From a bacterium (GTDB taxonomy: Bacteria > Patescibacteriota > Patescibacteriia > UBA1558 > UBA10009), in the NCBI GenBank assembly GCA_018672055.1, contig JABHGM010000001.1:432679-496678 (forward strand): a stretch of DNA of 64,000 nucleotides, in the 5' to 3' direction. Below are positions 1 through 8,929 of this stretch, in pieces. Numbering within the stretch: position 1 is the stretch's first letter; each line of letters starts with the position of its first letter. The position numbers and the translations under genes were made by a program. The notes below the pieces were generated by a model. That model saw only the letters and a list, made by a program, of their open reading frames with translations. It did not search any database and was not told the DNA's origin.

Positions 1-786
1 TGGCTTGGTGAACTTATGTCAGAAAAGAAAATTGGTAATGGTATTTCTTTATTAATTTTTGCTGGTATTATTGCTTCATTACCAAGTGCAGTTCAAAGAC
101 TAATTGCTACTTTTGATGCAACACAAGCTTTTAATCTATTAATCTTCTTAGGTATTGCTATAGTTACTATTGTAGTTGTAGTTATTATTACTGAAGGTCA
201 AAGAAATATTCCAGTTAATTATGCTAGACGTGTTAGGGGTAATAGAATGTATGGTGGTGTAAATACTCATTTACCACTTAGAGTAAATATGGCTGGTGTT
301 ATTCCAATTATTTTTGCAATTTCAATTATATTAATACCTCCAATGATTGCTCAATTTTTTGTTAGCGCAACAACTCCTTGGGTAGCAGGTGGCGCTAGAT
401 TTGTAGTTAATTTATTTCAAAATCAAGTTTTTTACGGCTTATTCTATTTTATAATGGTTTTTGCCTTTACTTATTTCTATACTTTTGTAGTATTCCATCC
501 TCATCAAATTGCTGAGAATTTACAAAAACAAGGCGGTTTTATACCAGGTATTAGACCAGGTAGACATACTGCTGATTATTTACAAAAAACAGCTAACAAG
601 ATATTACTTGCTGGCGCATTATTCTTAGGTTTAATTGCTGTATTACCGATTATTATTCAACCAATTACTGGCATATCCAGTTTAGCTATTGGTGGTACTA
701 GTTTATTAATTGTAGTTGCTGTAGTTATTGAACTTGTTAAACAGATAGACTCTCAACTTACTATGAGAGATTATGATGGATTATAA
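1..786 (+). CDS. secY: Preprotein translocase SecY, C-terminal part; the 5' end lies upstream of the window
   Basis: The frame is open from nt 1 (WLGELM...), and the GNGISLLIFAGI motif and multiple TM segments are typical of SecY. The M at 16 is internal. Confidence 0.9.
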   Translation, partial: WLGELMSEKKIGNGISLLIFAGIIASLPSAVQRLIATFDATQAFNLLIFLGIAIVTIVVVVIITEGQRNIPVNYARRVRGNRMYGGVNTHLPLRVNMAGVIPIIFAISIILIPPMIAQFFVSATTPWVAGGARFVVNLFQNQVFYGLFYFIMVFAFTYFYTFVVFHPHQIAENLQKQGGFIPGIRPGRHTADYLQKTANKILLAGALFLGLIAVLPIIIQPITGISSLAIGGTSLLIVVAVVIELVKQIDSQLTMRDYDGL

Positions 787-840
787 TAAATAGATAATTT
801 ATATATATAAAAAAGCCTCACTCATGTGGGGCTTTTAAGT

Positions 841-1206
841 TTATCCAGTGAATTCACTCAATAATATATAATATTTCTTATCAATTATTATTGGAGGAAT
901 ATTTTTAACAGGAAATAAATGTTTATTTTGATAATCTAATATAACATCTACTAGCATTTTTCCTGGTCCTTCTTGATAGATAAATAATTTATTATTTTCT
1001 TTCCATTCTACTCTAAGAATATTATTATGAATATTACTGATATTATCATAGTCAGCTTTATTATTTAGAGCAGGGTGGTGTTGAGACAGAATCTTGATTG
1101 CCCAACTTGGTCTTTTATCATCAATAGATAGTTCTGGAGCAACCGACTTATTAAAGAAACATCCTGAAAATATTAATATAATGAACAAAAGTCTTAACTG
1201 CTTCAT
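841..1206 (-). CDS. Small lipoprotein, lineage-specific hypothetical
   Basis: N-terminal signal peptide with lipobox IFSGC. A strong SD (AGGAGG) lies 6 nt upstream on the minus strand. Confidence 0.5.
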   Translation of the reverse strand: MKQLRLLFIILIFSGCFFNKSVAPELSIDDKRPSWAIKILSQHHPALNNKADYDNISNIHNNILRVEWKENNKLFIYQEGPGKMLVDVILDYQNKHLFPVKNIPPIIIDKKYYILLSEFTG

Positions 1207-1261
1207 GTTGTCCTCCTATTATTTATTTAATTTTACTTTAGCACTACAGCTTTATTTGTCA

Positions 1262-1331
1262 AATAAAAAAACCATCTTTTGATGGAGGTTGGGTAAGGTG
1301 AAATATCATGTTATTCATAATATTTCACCTT
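1262..1331 (-). terminator. Terminator region after the 1344..1670 gene on the minus strand
   Basis: A perfect 12-bp hairpin aaggtgaaatat/atatttcacctt spans 1295-1331. A small hairpin ccatc-aaaa-gatgg is followed by T8 on the minus strand at 1263-1285. Confidence 0.4.
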
Positions 1332-1343
1332 ACAGTTGTTTTC

Positions 1344-1670
1344 TTACCAGTTTATGGTAAAGGTATATTTTCCGTCATTCCTTCTATGTATAGAAGTTAG
1401 CGGGCCATATCCTTCAGATTCAATCTTGAGAAGATTGAAGTATAGTCTCATATTATACGTATCTATACCTAGGAAGCGAACTTCCTCAAATCCGGTATAA
1501 TCATCACCAACATTAATTAGGACAGTGTCGCTCCATTCTATTCCATTTGAAATGGCTTTGTATAACATCTCTGGCCCTTCGCTTTTGTGCCAAATCCTCT
1601 CTGTTGTTATATGAGTGTCAGCTTGACTGAAACCTAGACTGAGAAACATTATTATTGCTATAACTTTCAT
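1344..1670 (-). CDS. Small secreted protein, hypothetical
   Basis: Signal peptide MKVIAIIMFLSLGFSQA with no other TM segment. A weak SD (AAGGAA) is present. Confidence 0.45.
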   Translation of the reverse strand: MKVIAIIMFLSLGFSQADTHITTERIWHKSEGPEMLYKAISNGIEWSDTVLINVGDDYTGFEEVRFLGIDTYNMRLYFNLLKIESEGYGPLTSIHRRNDGKYTFTINW

Positions 1671-1721
1671 TTCATTTCCTTTTTTTTATTTTTATTTACT
1701 TTAATTTTTTTAAAAAGAATA

Positions 1722-1761
1722 GGTGGGGGAAATTAATTGAATTAATTCACCCCACCCTTTT
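1722..1761. terminator. GC-rich hairpin with flanking T-runs on both strands; possible terminator of a minus-strand transcript from the ORF-free region
   Basis: ggtgggg (1722-1728) pairs with ccccacc (1750-1756) around a near-palindromic AT loop. It is followed by cttttaaaa on plus and attcttttt on minus. Confidence 0.35.
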
Positions 1762-1980
1762 AAAATCACCAGCTCAGCATTTGCTTTAAGGATTTAATGT
1801 CCTTCTTTTGATATATACTCTCAAGAGATGAAAGTACAGTTCTGGTGTTTTATTAAATCAACGCTTGTGTACTATATTTTTTCAGCTGAATTTCCATATG
1901 GGAAATATATATAGCATACGAGTCTCTTACGTTGATAAATGGTGTCCTTTGACCGATAGATTAACAAGTAAACTATCGAT

Positions 1981-2033
1981 TAGATTGAACATTGTAAGGT
2001 ATAAGCTTGTTACACGTTACAATGTTTAATCTA
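1981..2033. repeat. Inverted repeat with 17-nt arms and one mismatch
   Basis: tagattgaacattgtaa (1981-1997) pairs with ttacaatgtttaatcta (2017-2033) across a 19-nt spacer. Confidence 0.6.
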
Positions 2034-2485
2034 AAGTATTTATGTTTATCAACTTTTAGTTATGGAGCGGAAGCAAATTATGTGATCTGCCCCGCTCCAA
2101 AGTGTTGTGACATTTTACTACCACAATTCTGCCTGAGGAATTAATCTTGAACTAAATGGGCATTTAAATGAATATTTCCCAAGTTCATGATTTTAGTAAA
2201 AAGTAATCGCTATTAAGGGAGAAACTCCCAAAATATTGATCTTACTCTCTCCTTCACTTGTTTGTGGAGAGCGAACTCTCCCCAAGCAGGATTGTGATAA
2301 TAATTAGCGTTTTATCGTAAAAAGGCTAACTTTAGATAAATACGTCCCTTAGAGAGTGAATTTAGCTAAAATTAGCCTTATTAGGTATATTCTCTCTCCG
2401 TTATATATTTGGTTTTCAATGTTTAATATAGTAGTATATCATATATACTAAAACTTGTCAAGACCTCTTATTTTTATCTAATTAG

Positions 2486-2494
2486 TGCTATAAT
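2486..2494 (+). promoter_or_regulatory. Extended -10 promoter element TGcTATAAT upstream of adk
   Basis: tgctataat lies 27 nt upstream of the adk ATG. The same element recurs at 8909 and 30180. Confidence 0.35.
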
Positions 2495-2520
2495 AATTAA
2501 AGTTTAAACTTAAAAAAATT

Positions 2521-3144
2521 ATGAACTATATTATTTTAGGAGCTCCTGCCTCTGGCAAGGGAACTCAAGCAGAACTATTATCAAAAAAATTAAATATTCC
2601 ACATATTGCATCAGGGATTATATTACGTGAAAATATTAATAATAAAACAGAACTTGGTTTAAAAGTAGAAGCAATATTAAATAGAGGTGATTTAGTGTCT
2701 GACGATATTGTGATTGATTTAATTAAAAATAGGTTAGAGCAAGGTGATTGTAAGGATGGATATATATTAGATGGTTTTCCTAGAACAATAGCTCAAGCTG
2801 AAGCTTTAGATGGAATAACAAAAATTGATAAAGTAATTGATATAGTAGTTAATGATGATGTAGCTGTTTCACGTATTACTAATAGAAGAATGTGTAAATC
2901 TTGTGGTAATCCATATCATTTAGAATTTAATCCTTCTAAATTAGAAGGTGTTTGTGATAAATGTAATGGTGAACTTTATTTAAGAGAAGATGATAAAGAA
3001 GAAGTAGTTAAAGATAGATTAAAAGTTTATCATGATCAAACTGAGCCATTGAAGGAGTATTATAAAGAAAAAATAATTACTATTGATGGTATACCTAGTA
3101 TAAAGCAAGTAACTGAAAGTATTTTTAAAAATTTACAAATTTAA
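2521..3144 (+). CDS. adk: Adenylate kinase with a zinc-binding lid
   Basis: P-loop GAPASGKGTQ, and a Cys4 lid CKSCG...CDKCNG. Confidence 0.93.
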   Translation: MNYIILGAPASGKGTQAELLSKKLNIPHIASGIILRENINNKTELGLKVEAILNRGDLVSDDIVIDLIKNRLEQGDCKDGYILDGFPRTIAQAEALDGITKIDKVIDIVVNDDVAVSRITNRRMCKSCGNPYHLEFNPSKLEGVCDKCNGELYLREDDKEEVVKDRLKVYHDQTEPLKEYYKEKIITIDGIPSIKQVTESIFKNLQI

Positions 3145-3145
3145 T

Positions 3146-3904
3146 ATGTCAGGTGACGTTACAATAAAAACTGAAGAAGAAATAATTAAACTCAAAGAAG
3201 GTGGTAATATATTAGCTACTATTTTGAGTGAGCTTGGTAAAGCTGTTAAGGTTGGTATTACAACTAAAGAATTAGATCAACTTGCTAGAGATTTAATGAA
3301 AGAATACAAAGTAGAGCCTTCTTTTTTAAATTATAGTGATCCACCTTATCCAGCAGTATTATGTACTTCAGTTAACCAGCAGCTTGTTCATTGTATTCCA
3401 TCAGATTATGCTTTAAAGGAAGGTGATATTATTTCTCTAGATTGTGGTATTTGGCATAAAGGTTTATGTACGGATATGGCTAGAACATTTAGTGTTGGTA
3501 AAATAAGTGAAGAAACTAAGAAGTTATTGAAAGTAACGCGTAAAGCTTTAGAGATTGCCATTGAAACTGCTAAACCTGGAAATACTATTGGTGATTTAGG
3601 CTATAATGTACAGACATATGTTGAACAACAAGGTTTTTCCGTAGTTCGTAAATTAGTTGGTCATGGTGTTGGTTATGAAGTTCATGAGCCACCAGCAGTA
3701 CCTAACTTTGGTAAAAAAGGTGAAGGCATAGCATTTAAAGAAGGCATGGTACTTGCTTTTGAACCTATGGTAAATATTGGTCATCATGATATTGTTACTG
3801 GTTTAAATGATTGGGATATTTCTTCAAAAGATGATAGTTTAACAGCTCATTTTGAAGATACTATAGTTATAACTTCAAAAGGAGCAGAAATAATTACTAA
3901 ATAA
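3146..3904 (+). CDS. map: Methionine aminopeptidase type I
   Basis: Pita-bread fold motifs, with the metal ligands D..D..H..E..E conserved. Confidence 0.9.
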   Translation: MSGDVTIKTEEEIIKLKEGGNILATILSELGKAVKVGITTKELDQLARDLMKEYKVEPSFLNYSDPPYPAVLCTSVNQQLVHCIPSDYALKEGDIISLDCGIWHKGLCTDMARTFSVGKISEETKKLLKVTRKALEIAIETAKPGNTIGDLGYNVQTYVEQQGFSVVRKLVGHGVGYEVHEPPAVPNFGKKGEGIAFKEGMVLAFEPMVNIGHHDIVTGLNDWDISSKDDSLTAHFEDTIVITSKGAEIITK

Positions 3905-3907
3905 AAT

Positions 3908-3936
3908 AAGCCACTAACGTTTAGTGAAAGTGGCTT
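3908..3936. terminator. Weak bidirectional hairpin after map
   Basis: aagccact/agtggctt is an 8-bp stem with a short T-run (cttt). Confidence 0.3.
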
Positions 3937-4060
3937 TCAGCATTGGTGCAAATATTAACCAAAGTAAGATGTTTACTATTTGATAGAATATAGTGAAAAT
4001 AGCAAAACATGGAATTAATATGATTAATATCATACAGTGATACCATTTAGCTGGATGCAT
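3914..4060 (-). CDS. Unannotated 48-aa hydrophobic small protein, below the ORF-track cut-off
   Basis: The ATG is rc of 4058-4060 with a perfect AGGAGG 6 nt upstream. The product MHPAKWYHCMILIILIPCFAIFTIFYQIVNILLWLIFAPMLKATFTKR has one or two TM helices. Confidence 0.3.
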   Translation of the reverse strand: MHPAKWYHCMILIILIPCFAIFTIFYQIVNILLWLIFAPMLKATFTKR

Positions 4061-4115
4061 AGCTTCCTCCTATTATTTTAAATAAATATTAATACATATA
4101 ACATAATAAATCAAG

Positions 4116-4487
4116 ATGTCTAAAATATTAGGTATAGATTACGGAGAAAGTAAAGTTGGTTTGGCTATTTCTGATAGTGATACTAAATTAGCTGTGCCTT
4201 TGGAAATTATTAAAAATGAAGAATTAGAAGATAAAATAAAGTATTTTATAGATAAAGAATTAGTTGAAAAGATAGTAATTGGTTTACCAATTAGTTTAGA
4301 TGGTACAGATACTGAGCAAACTAAAGTAGTTAGAGAATATATTAGTTATTTAAAAGAAAACTTTAAAGTTGAAATTATACCTCAAGATGAAAGATTAAGT
4401 ACAAAAGAAGCTAGTAGAACTGGTCATGATGATGATGTAGCTGCAATGTATATATTACAAACTTATCTTGATTCTAAATATGGATAG
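4116..4487 (+). CDS. ruvX: Holliday-junction resolvase-like RuvX/YqgF
   Basis: N-terminus ILGIDYGESKVGLAISD; RNase H-like YqgF family. Confidence 0.85.
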   Translation: MSKILGIDYGESKVGLAISDSDTKLAVPLEIIKNEELEDKIKYFIDKELVEKIVIGLPISLDGTDTEQTKVVREYISYLKENFKVEIIPQDERLSTKEASRTGHDDDVAAMYILQTYLDSKYG

Positions 4488-5541
4488 TACTATCTTAATA
4501 CATTATATCTTACCTTTTATTGGAGCTCTTGGTATTTCAATTATTTTAACTATTTTAATTAGAGCTATAGCTATTAAGTTAAATATAATTGATAAACCAG
4601 ATAACGGACGTAAGATTCATAAATTACCTATACCTTTACTTGGAGGGTTTGCTATTTATTTAACAACCCTTATTTTTTTAGTTATCTATCAAGATATAAT
4701 ATTAGATGGCAGAATAAAAGCCTCATATTTAATAGCCATTGCCTTAGGTGGCTTGTTTTTAATGATTGGTGGGTATTTAGATGATAAGTACGCTCTAAAG
4801 CCTATTTATCAAATAATATGGCCTCTCTTGGCAGTTATATCTGTATTACTAAGTGGTATGGAGATAAGTTATATTACTAATCCATTAGGTGGTGTAATTA
4901 ACATATCATCGCCTATTATATCACTCATTATTATTTTCTTTTGGTTGCTTGGCATGATCTATACAACTAAGTTTTTAGATGGTTTGGATGGCTTAGTTTC
5001 TGGAGTTACGGTTATTGGTTCTATTATATTATTTTGTGTTAGCTTATTTTGGGACGTAGATCAGTCAGGAACTTCTGTTTTGTGTTTAATATTAGCTGGT
5101 AGTACTTTAGGTTTTTTATTATTTAATTTTTATCCAGCTCGTATTTTTTTAGGTGAAGGTGGTAGTACTTTCTTAGGTTTTATGCTTGGAGTACTTGCTA
5201 TAATAAGTGGTGCTAAAATTGCTACGGCTTTATTAATTATGGGTATTCCTATACTTGATGTTGTTTGGGTAATTATTAGGAGATTATTTAATGAAAGACA
5301 TTCTGCTTTTTTAGGAGATAAAAAACATTTACATTTTAGATTATTAGATATTGGTTTAAATCAAAGACAAGTAGTATTACTACTTTACTTACTTACTTTA
5401 ATATTCGGTTCGATTGCTTTATTTCAAGACACTATTGGTAAAATAGTAGCATTTATAGTTCTAATAATTGTTATGTTAGCTTTAGCTAGTTTTGTGGTTA
5501 TAAGATATAAAAAAATATATGAAAAAGTATCTAATAATTAG
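4480..5541 (+). CDS. Polyprenyl-phosphate sugar-phosphate transferase, glycosyltransferase family 4 (MraY/WecA-like)
   Basis: About 10 TM segments with motifs DDKYAL, FLDGLDGL and GEGGSTFLG. The ORF track starts at a TTG; the first ATG is at 4480 and overlaps the ruvX stop. Confidence 0.7.
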   Translation: MDSTILIHYILPFIGALGISIILTILIRAIAIKLNIIDKPDNGRKIHKLPIPLLGGFAIYLTTLIFLVIYQDIILDGRIKASYLIAIALGGLFLMIGGYLDDKYALKPIYQIIWPLLAVISVLLSGMEISYITNPLGGVINISSPIISLIIIFFWLLGMIYTTKFLDGLDGLVSGVTVIGSIILFCVSLFWDVDQSGTSVLCLILAGSTLGFLLFNFYPARIFLGEGGSTFLGFMLGVLAIISGAKIATALLIMGIPILDVVWVIIRRLFNERHSAFLGDKKHLHFRLLDIGLNQRQVVLLLYLLTLIFGSIALFQDTIGKIVAFIVLIIVMLALASFVVIRYKKIYEKVSNN

Positions 5542-5944
5542 TCTTTTACTTACTTCACTTATGGTAAGTGGTTGTACTAGTCTTTTTTTAAAGAAAATAA
5601 CTATTAATGATAGTGTATTAAAAATTAAAGTTGTTACTTCTAAGATTGATATGTTAAAGGGTTTATCTGGTAAAAAGGATTTACCTCAAGATCAGGGCAT
5701 GCTTTTTATTTATGATGATTATGAAATACGAAACTTTCATATGAATAATATGAATTTTCCTCTTGATATTATATGGCTTAAAGATAATGAAATAGTAGGT
5801 ATTGAACATGAAGTACCTTTATTAATAAATAATGAAGTAACTAGAGTTAATTCTAAGAGTAAAATTAACATGGTTTTAGAGGTAAATAGTAAATGGGCCC
5901 AGAATAATGATATAAATATAGGGGATATAATAGGTCTTGACTAA
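5519..5944 (+). CDS. DUF192-family exported lipoprotein
   Basis: Lipobox LMVSGC and a DUF192-like core (LFIYDD...PLDIIWL). Confidence 0.6.
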   Translation: MKKYLIISLLLTSLMVSGCTSLFLKKITINDSVLKIKVVTSKIDMLKGLSGKKDLPQDQGMLFIYDDYEIRNFHMNNMNFPLDIIWLKDNEIVGIEHEVPLLINNEVTRVNSKSKINMVLEVNSKWAQNNDINIGDIIGLD

Positions 5945-5954
5945 TTAATATATT

Positions 5955-5963
5955 CTGATATAA
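5955..5963 (+). promoter_or_regulatory. Extended -10 TGaTATAAT upstream of rplU
   Basis: tgatataat lies 34 nt before the ATG at 5997. Confidence 0.3.
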
Positions 5964-5996
5964 TACGGCTAATGTTTAAAAATGATAATAAATTAT

Positions 5997-6305
5997 ATGA
6001 AATTTGCAGTAATAAGAACTGGTGGTAAACAATATATAGTATCACCTAAAGATAAAGTAAAAATCGAAAAACTTAATGCAGAAGAAGGTCAAACAGTGGA
6101 ATTTGATGATGTTTTGTTAGTAAGTGATAAGGATAAAATAGATTTAGGAACACCTAAACTCAAAACTAAAGTTACAGCTAAAGTTTTAAAACAAGGTAAA
6201 AGAGATAAAGTAACAGTTGCTAAATATAAGCCAAAGGTAAGATATCATAAAGTTTATGGTCATAAGCAACCTTATACAGAAGTAGAAATTCAAAAAATAT
6301 CATAA
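5997..6305 (+). CDS. rplU: 50S ribosomal protein L21
   Basis: MKFAVIRTGGKQY... is the canonical L21 N-terminus; the start was moved to the second ATG. No rpmA follows. Confidence 0.9.
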   Translation: MKFAVIRTGGKQYIVSPKDKVKIEKLNAEEGQTVEFDDVLLVSDKDKIDLGTPKLKTKVTAKVLKQGKRDKVTVAKYKPKVRYHKVYGHKQPYTEVEIQKIS

Positions 6306-6311
6306 ATAAAA

Positions 6312-6349
6312 AAAGCCTTTAATTATATAATTTGTTTAAAGGCTTTTTA
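6312..6349. terminator. Bidirectional rho-independent terminator between rplU and recR
   Basis: aaagccttta/taaaggcttt is a 10-bp stem followed by a T-run. Confidence 0.6.
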
Positions 6350-6940
6350 TAATTCTTTTCTATTCTTTAGCGCACTTGATAATGTAATTTCATCTGCGTA
6401 TTCAATATCAGAACCAGACGGTAAACCTCTTGCTAGTCTGGTTATTTTAATATTTAAAGGTTGTAATAATTTTTGTAAATAAATAGCAGTTGATTCGCCT
6501 TCCATATCTGGATTTAAACCTAATATTATTTCTTTTACATTATTATCTTTAATCCTTTTTTCTAATATATCAATAGTTAGGTGTTCTGAACCAATACCTT
6601 CTAAATGATTGATTACACCACCTAAAACATGATATAAGCCTGTGTATTCTTTTAGACGTTCAAAAGTATTTAAATCATGACTCTCAGCAACTACACAGAT
6701 AATAGTTTGATCTCTTCCTGTGTCAGTACAAATAGGACAGGGATTACTTTCTGTAATCGATTGACACTTTGTACAAACTATTAGATCTTTTTTAGCTTCT
6801 TTTAAGCTAGTAGCGAATTCTTCTAAATCCTCTTGGGGCCTTTTAAGTAACCAAAAAGTAAGTCTCTGGGCTGTTTTAGGACCAATGCCTGGTAATTTAT
6901 CTAATTGGTCAATTAATCTTTGGATTGAAGAAGGTAGCAT
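6347..6940 (-). CDS. recR: Recombination protein RecR
   Basis: C4 zinc finger CTKC...CPIC plus a Toprim domain. Confidence 0.9.
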   Translation of the reverse strand: MLPSSIQRLIDQLDKLPGIGPKTAQRLTFWLLKRPQEDLEEFATSLKEAKKDLIVCTKCQSITESNPCPICTDTGRDQTIICVVAESHDLNTFERLKEYTGLYHVLGGVINHLEGIGSEHLTIDILEKRIKDNNVKEIILGLNPDMEGESTAIYLQKLLQPLNIKITRLARGLPSGSDIEYADEITLSSALKNRKEL

Positions 6941-6943
6941 AGT

Positions 6944-7240
6944 TTACATGCCCGGTAAATTGAAGCCTCCTTGAGCTCTCATTTTTTCTGCCATAACACG
7001 TTGAACTTTTTTAATAGCATCAGAGTGAAGGTTTTTAAGTAGTTCTTCTAATTTTTCTTTTTTTTCAGTATTTAAATATTCAGGATTTATATCTAACTTA
7101 GTCATTTTTTGATTACCATCCATAATTATAGTGGTACCATGTTTTTCAACAGTAATTGATTCTTCAGCTAATTGACCTTGTAAATCTTTTGCCTGGGATT
7201 TTAAATCTTTAATTTGATTTAATTTATTGAATAGACTCAT
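6944..7240 (-). CDS. ybaB: Nucleoid-associated protein YbaB/EbfC
   Basis: About 100 aa with a coiled core and a C-terminal QGGFNLPGM tail. The recR-ybaB pairing is conserved. Confidence 0.85.
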   Translation of the reverse strand: MSLFNKLNQIKDLKSQAKDLQGQLAEESITVEKHGTTIIMDGNQKMTKLDINPEYLNTEKKEKLEELLKNLHSDAIKKVQRVMAEKMRAQGGFNLPGM

Positions 7241-7256
7241 ATTTTTATATTAATTA

Positions 7257-8681
7257 TTAAAATGTATTTTCTGGTTGTCCTTCATCCTCTAAATTCTTAA
7301 AAGATGCTTGGTTTTCTTCAAAGTATAGTTTTACTAAGCCAGTAGGACCGTTTCTATGTTTAGCAATATGTACTTCAGCTATATTTCTTTCTTCTTCTGG
7401 AATATCTTCTATCTTATAACTTCTGTCTGATGTTTTACGATAAATAAACATAACTACATCAGCATCCTGCTCAATAGCTCCTGAATCTCTTAGATGAGCC
7501 AGTTTTGGAATAGCTGGTTTTGTATTTTCAACTGCTCTAGATAACTGAGAAAGAGCTAGAACTGGAATTTGTAATTCACGAGCTACAGCTTTAAGTGATC
7601 TAGTAATTTCCGCTACTTCTAAGACTCTATTATCAGAATTACCAGTTCTGCCTTCCATAAGCTGGATATAGTCAACTATTAAAAGATCTAAACCATGTTC
7701 TAACTTTAAACGTCTTGCTTTAGTTCTAATTTCCATAACATTGGAAGTTGCTGAGTCATCAATATATATAGGAGCTTCAGATAAAATACCCATAGCTTGA
7801 CCTATTCTAGGGAAGTCACCATCTTCATCACGATCAGATAAATTACCTGTTCTCATCTTCCATAAATCAACACCAGCTTCAGCACAAAGCAATCTATCAA
7901 CTAATTGTTCTTTACTCATTTCTAAACTAAATAGACCAACAGCTGCTTTATTATTTACTGCTGCTTGTCTAGCAATATCTAAAGCTAGTGATGTTTTACC
8001 AACAGAAGGCCTAGCTGCTAGAATAATAAGATCAGTTTTCTGAAGTCCTGCTAGTTTATTATCTAGTCCAGTAAAGCCAGTTCTCAAACCTCTTAATTTA
8101 CCCTTATCCTTATGTAACTCATCTATTCTGTCAAAAGCTCCAGTTAAAACATTTTTAATTGAAACAAAGTTTTGTTTAAGATATTTTTGAGATATTTTAA
8201 ATAGTTTTTGTTCAGCTTTATCTAATACGCTATCAACATCTTCTGTTTCTTTGTATGATAATTCATTAATTTCACTTGAAGCCTTAAGTAGCCTTCTTAA
8301 GGTAGCTTTTTTTTGAACAATTTTAGCATATGATATTACGTGCGCTGCTGTAGGTACACTGTTAGTTAAAGTAGCTAAATATGCTTGACCACCAACTGCT
8401 TCTAATTGCTTTTTTTCTTCTAATCTATTTGCTAAAGATAATAGATCAATAGGCTCACGTTTTTCATAAAGCTCATACATTGATTCTAGAATCATTAAAT
8501 GAGAATCTTTATAGAAATCTTCAGGACGTAATATATCAGCTACTTTAGTAATAGCTTCTTTATCAATTAAAAGACAGCCTAAAACTGACTGTTCTGCCTC
8601 ATTATTTTGAGGCGGTATTTTATTTAACCCTTGTGACATAAGTGGATCTATCTTATCAGAAATATTATTACTCGTAAACAC
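7257..8681 (-). CDS. dnaB: Replicative DNA helicase DnaB
   Basis: N-terminal PPQNNEAEQSVLGCLL, Walker A ARPSVGKT and the H4 motifs; no intein. The true start may be M15. Confidence 0.9.
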   Translation of the reverse strand: MFTSNNISDKIDPLMSQGLNKIPPQNNEAEQSVLGCLLIDKEAITKVADILRPEDFYKDSHLMILESMYELYEKREPIDLLSLANRLEEKKQLEAVGGQAYLATLTNSVPTAAHVISYAKIVQKKATLRRLLKASSEINELSYKETEDVDSVLDKAEQKLFKISQKYLKQNFVSIKNVLTGAFDRIDELHKDKGKLRGLRTGFTGLDNKLAGLQKTDLIILAARPSVGKTSLALDIARQAAVNNKAAVGLFSLEMSKEQLVDRLLCAEAGVDLWKMRTGNLSDRDEDGDFPRIGQAMGILSEAPIYIDDSATSNVMEIRTKARRLKLEHGLDLLIVDYIQLMEGRTGNSDNRVLEVAEITRSLKAVARELQIPVLALSQLSRAVENTKPAIPKLAHLRDSGAIEQDADVVMFIYRKTSDRSYKIEDIPEEERNIAEVHIAKHRNGPTGLVKLYFEENQASFKNLEDEGQPENTF

Positions 8682-8745
8682 GTATTTTTAAACAGATTTT
8701 CCACTTTATTTATCAACAAAAAAAACAGCTAAAAACTGTTTAAAA

Positions 8746-8822
8746 TGGTCCGCGCGGAGGGATTCGAACCCCCGACCATCTGCTTAAAAGGCAGTTGCTC
8801 TACCAGGCTGAGCTACGCGCGG
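8746..8822 (-). tRNA. tRNA-Lys (anticodon UUU)
   Basis: Cloverleaf on the minus strand: 7-bp acceptor ccgcgcg/cgcgcgg, anticodon loop cuUUUaa, T-loop ttcgaat, CCA encoded. Confidence 0.85.
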
Positions 8823-8908
8823 AAAAATAATATAACGCTGGCTATCATAACATATATATAACTGTTTGGCAAGAGTTAGTAAAAAAAATCGTAAAATACG
8901 TGTTTTTT

Positions 8909-8917
8909 TGCTATAAT
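8909..8917 (+). promoter_or_regulatory. Extended -10 TGcTATAAT upstream of the P-type ATPase
   Basis: tgctataat lies 13 nt upstream of the ATG at 8930, implying a very short or leaderless 5' UTR. Confidence 0.3.
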
Positions 8918-8929
8918 ATGTTTATTATT

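Noticed and set aside
1094-1282. Plus-strand 62-aa ORF overlapping the 841..1206 lipoprotein gene
   Set aside because: It is a shadow ORF of the minus-strand lipoprotein gene, which has a signal peptide and a perfect SD. It has no RBS, and its translation is low-complexity.
1680-2520. Considered tmRNA, RNase P RNA or SRP RNA identities for the ORF-free structured region
   Set aside because: No tRNA-like T-arm/acceptor (GGTTCGAATCC...CCA) for tmRNA, no GGAAAGTCC/P4 strands for RNase P, and no conserved SRP domain IV motif were found on either strand. It is left as an unassigned candidate ncRNA.
8900-8929. ORF-track starts at GTG/TTG (8900 ATPase, 4468 GT4, 30582 yhhQ, 35457 Fn3 ORF, 37846 ABC ATPase)
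   Set aside because: Downstream ATGs give canonical N-termini and sit correctly relative to promoter-like elements or the previous stop codon. The near-cognate starts are artefacts of longest-ORF calling.
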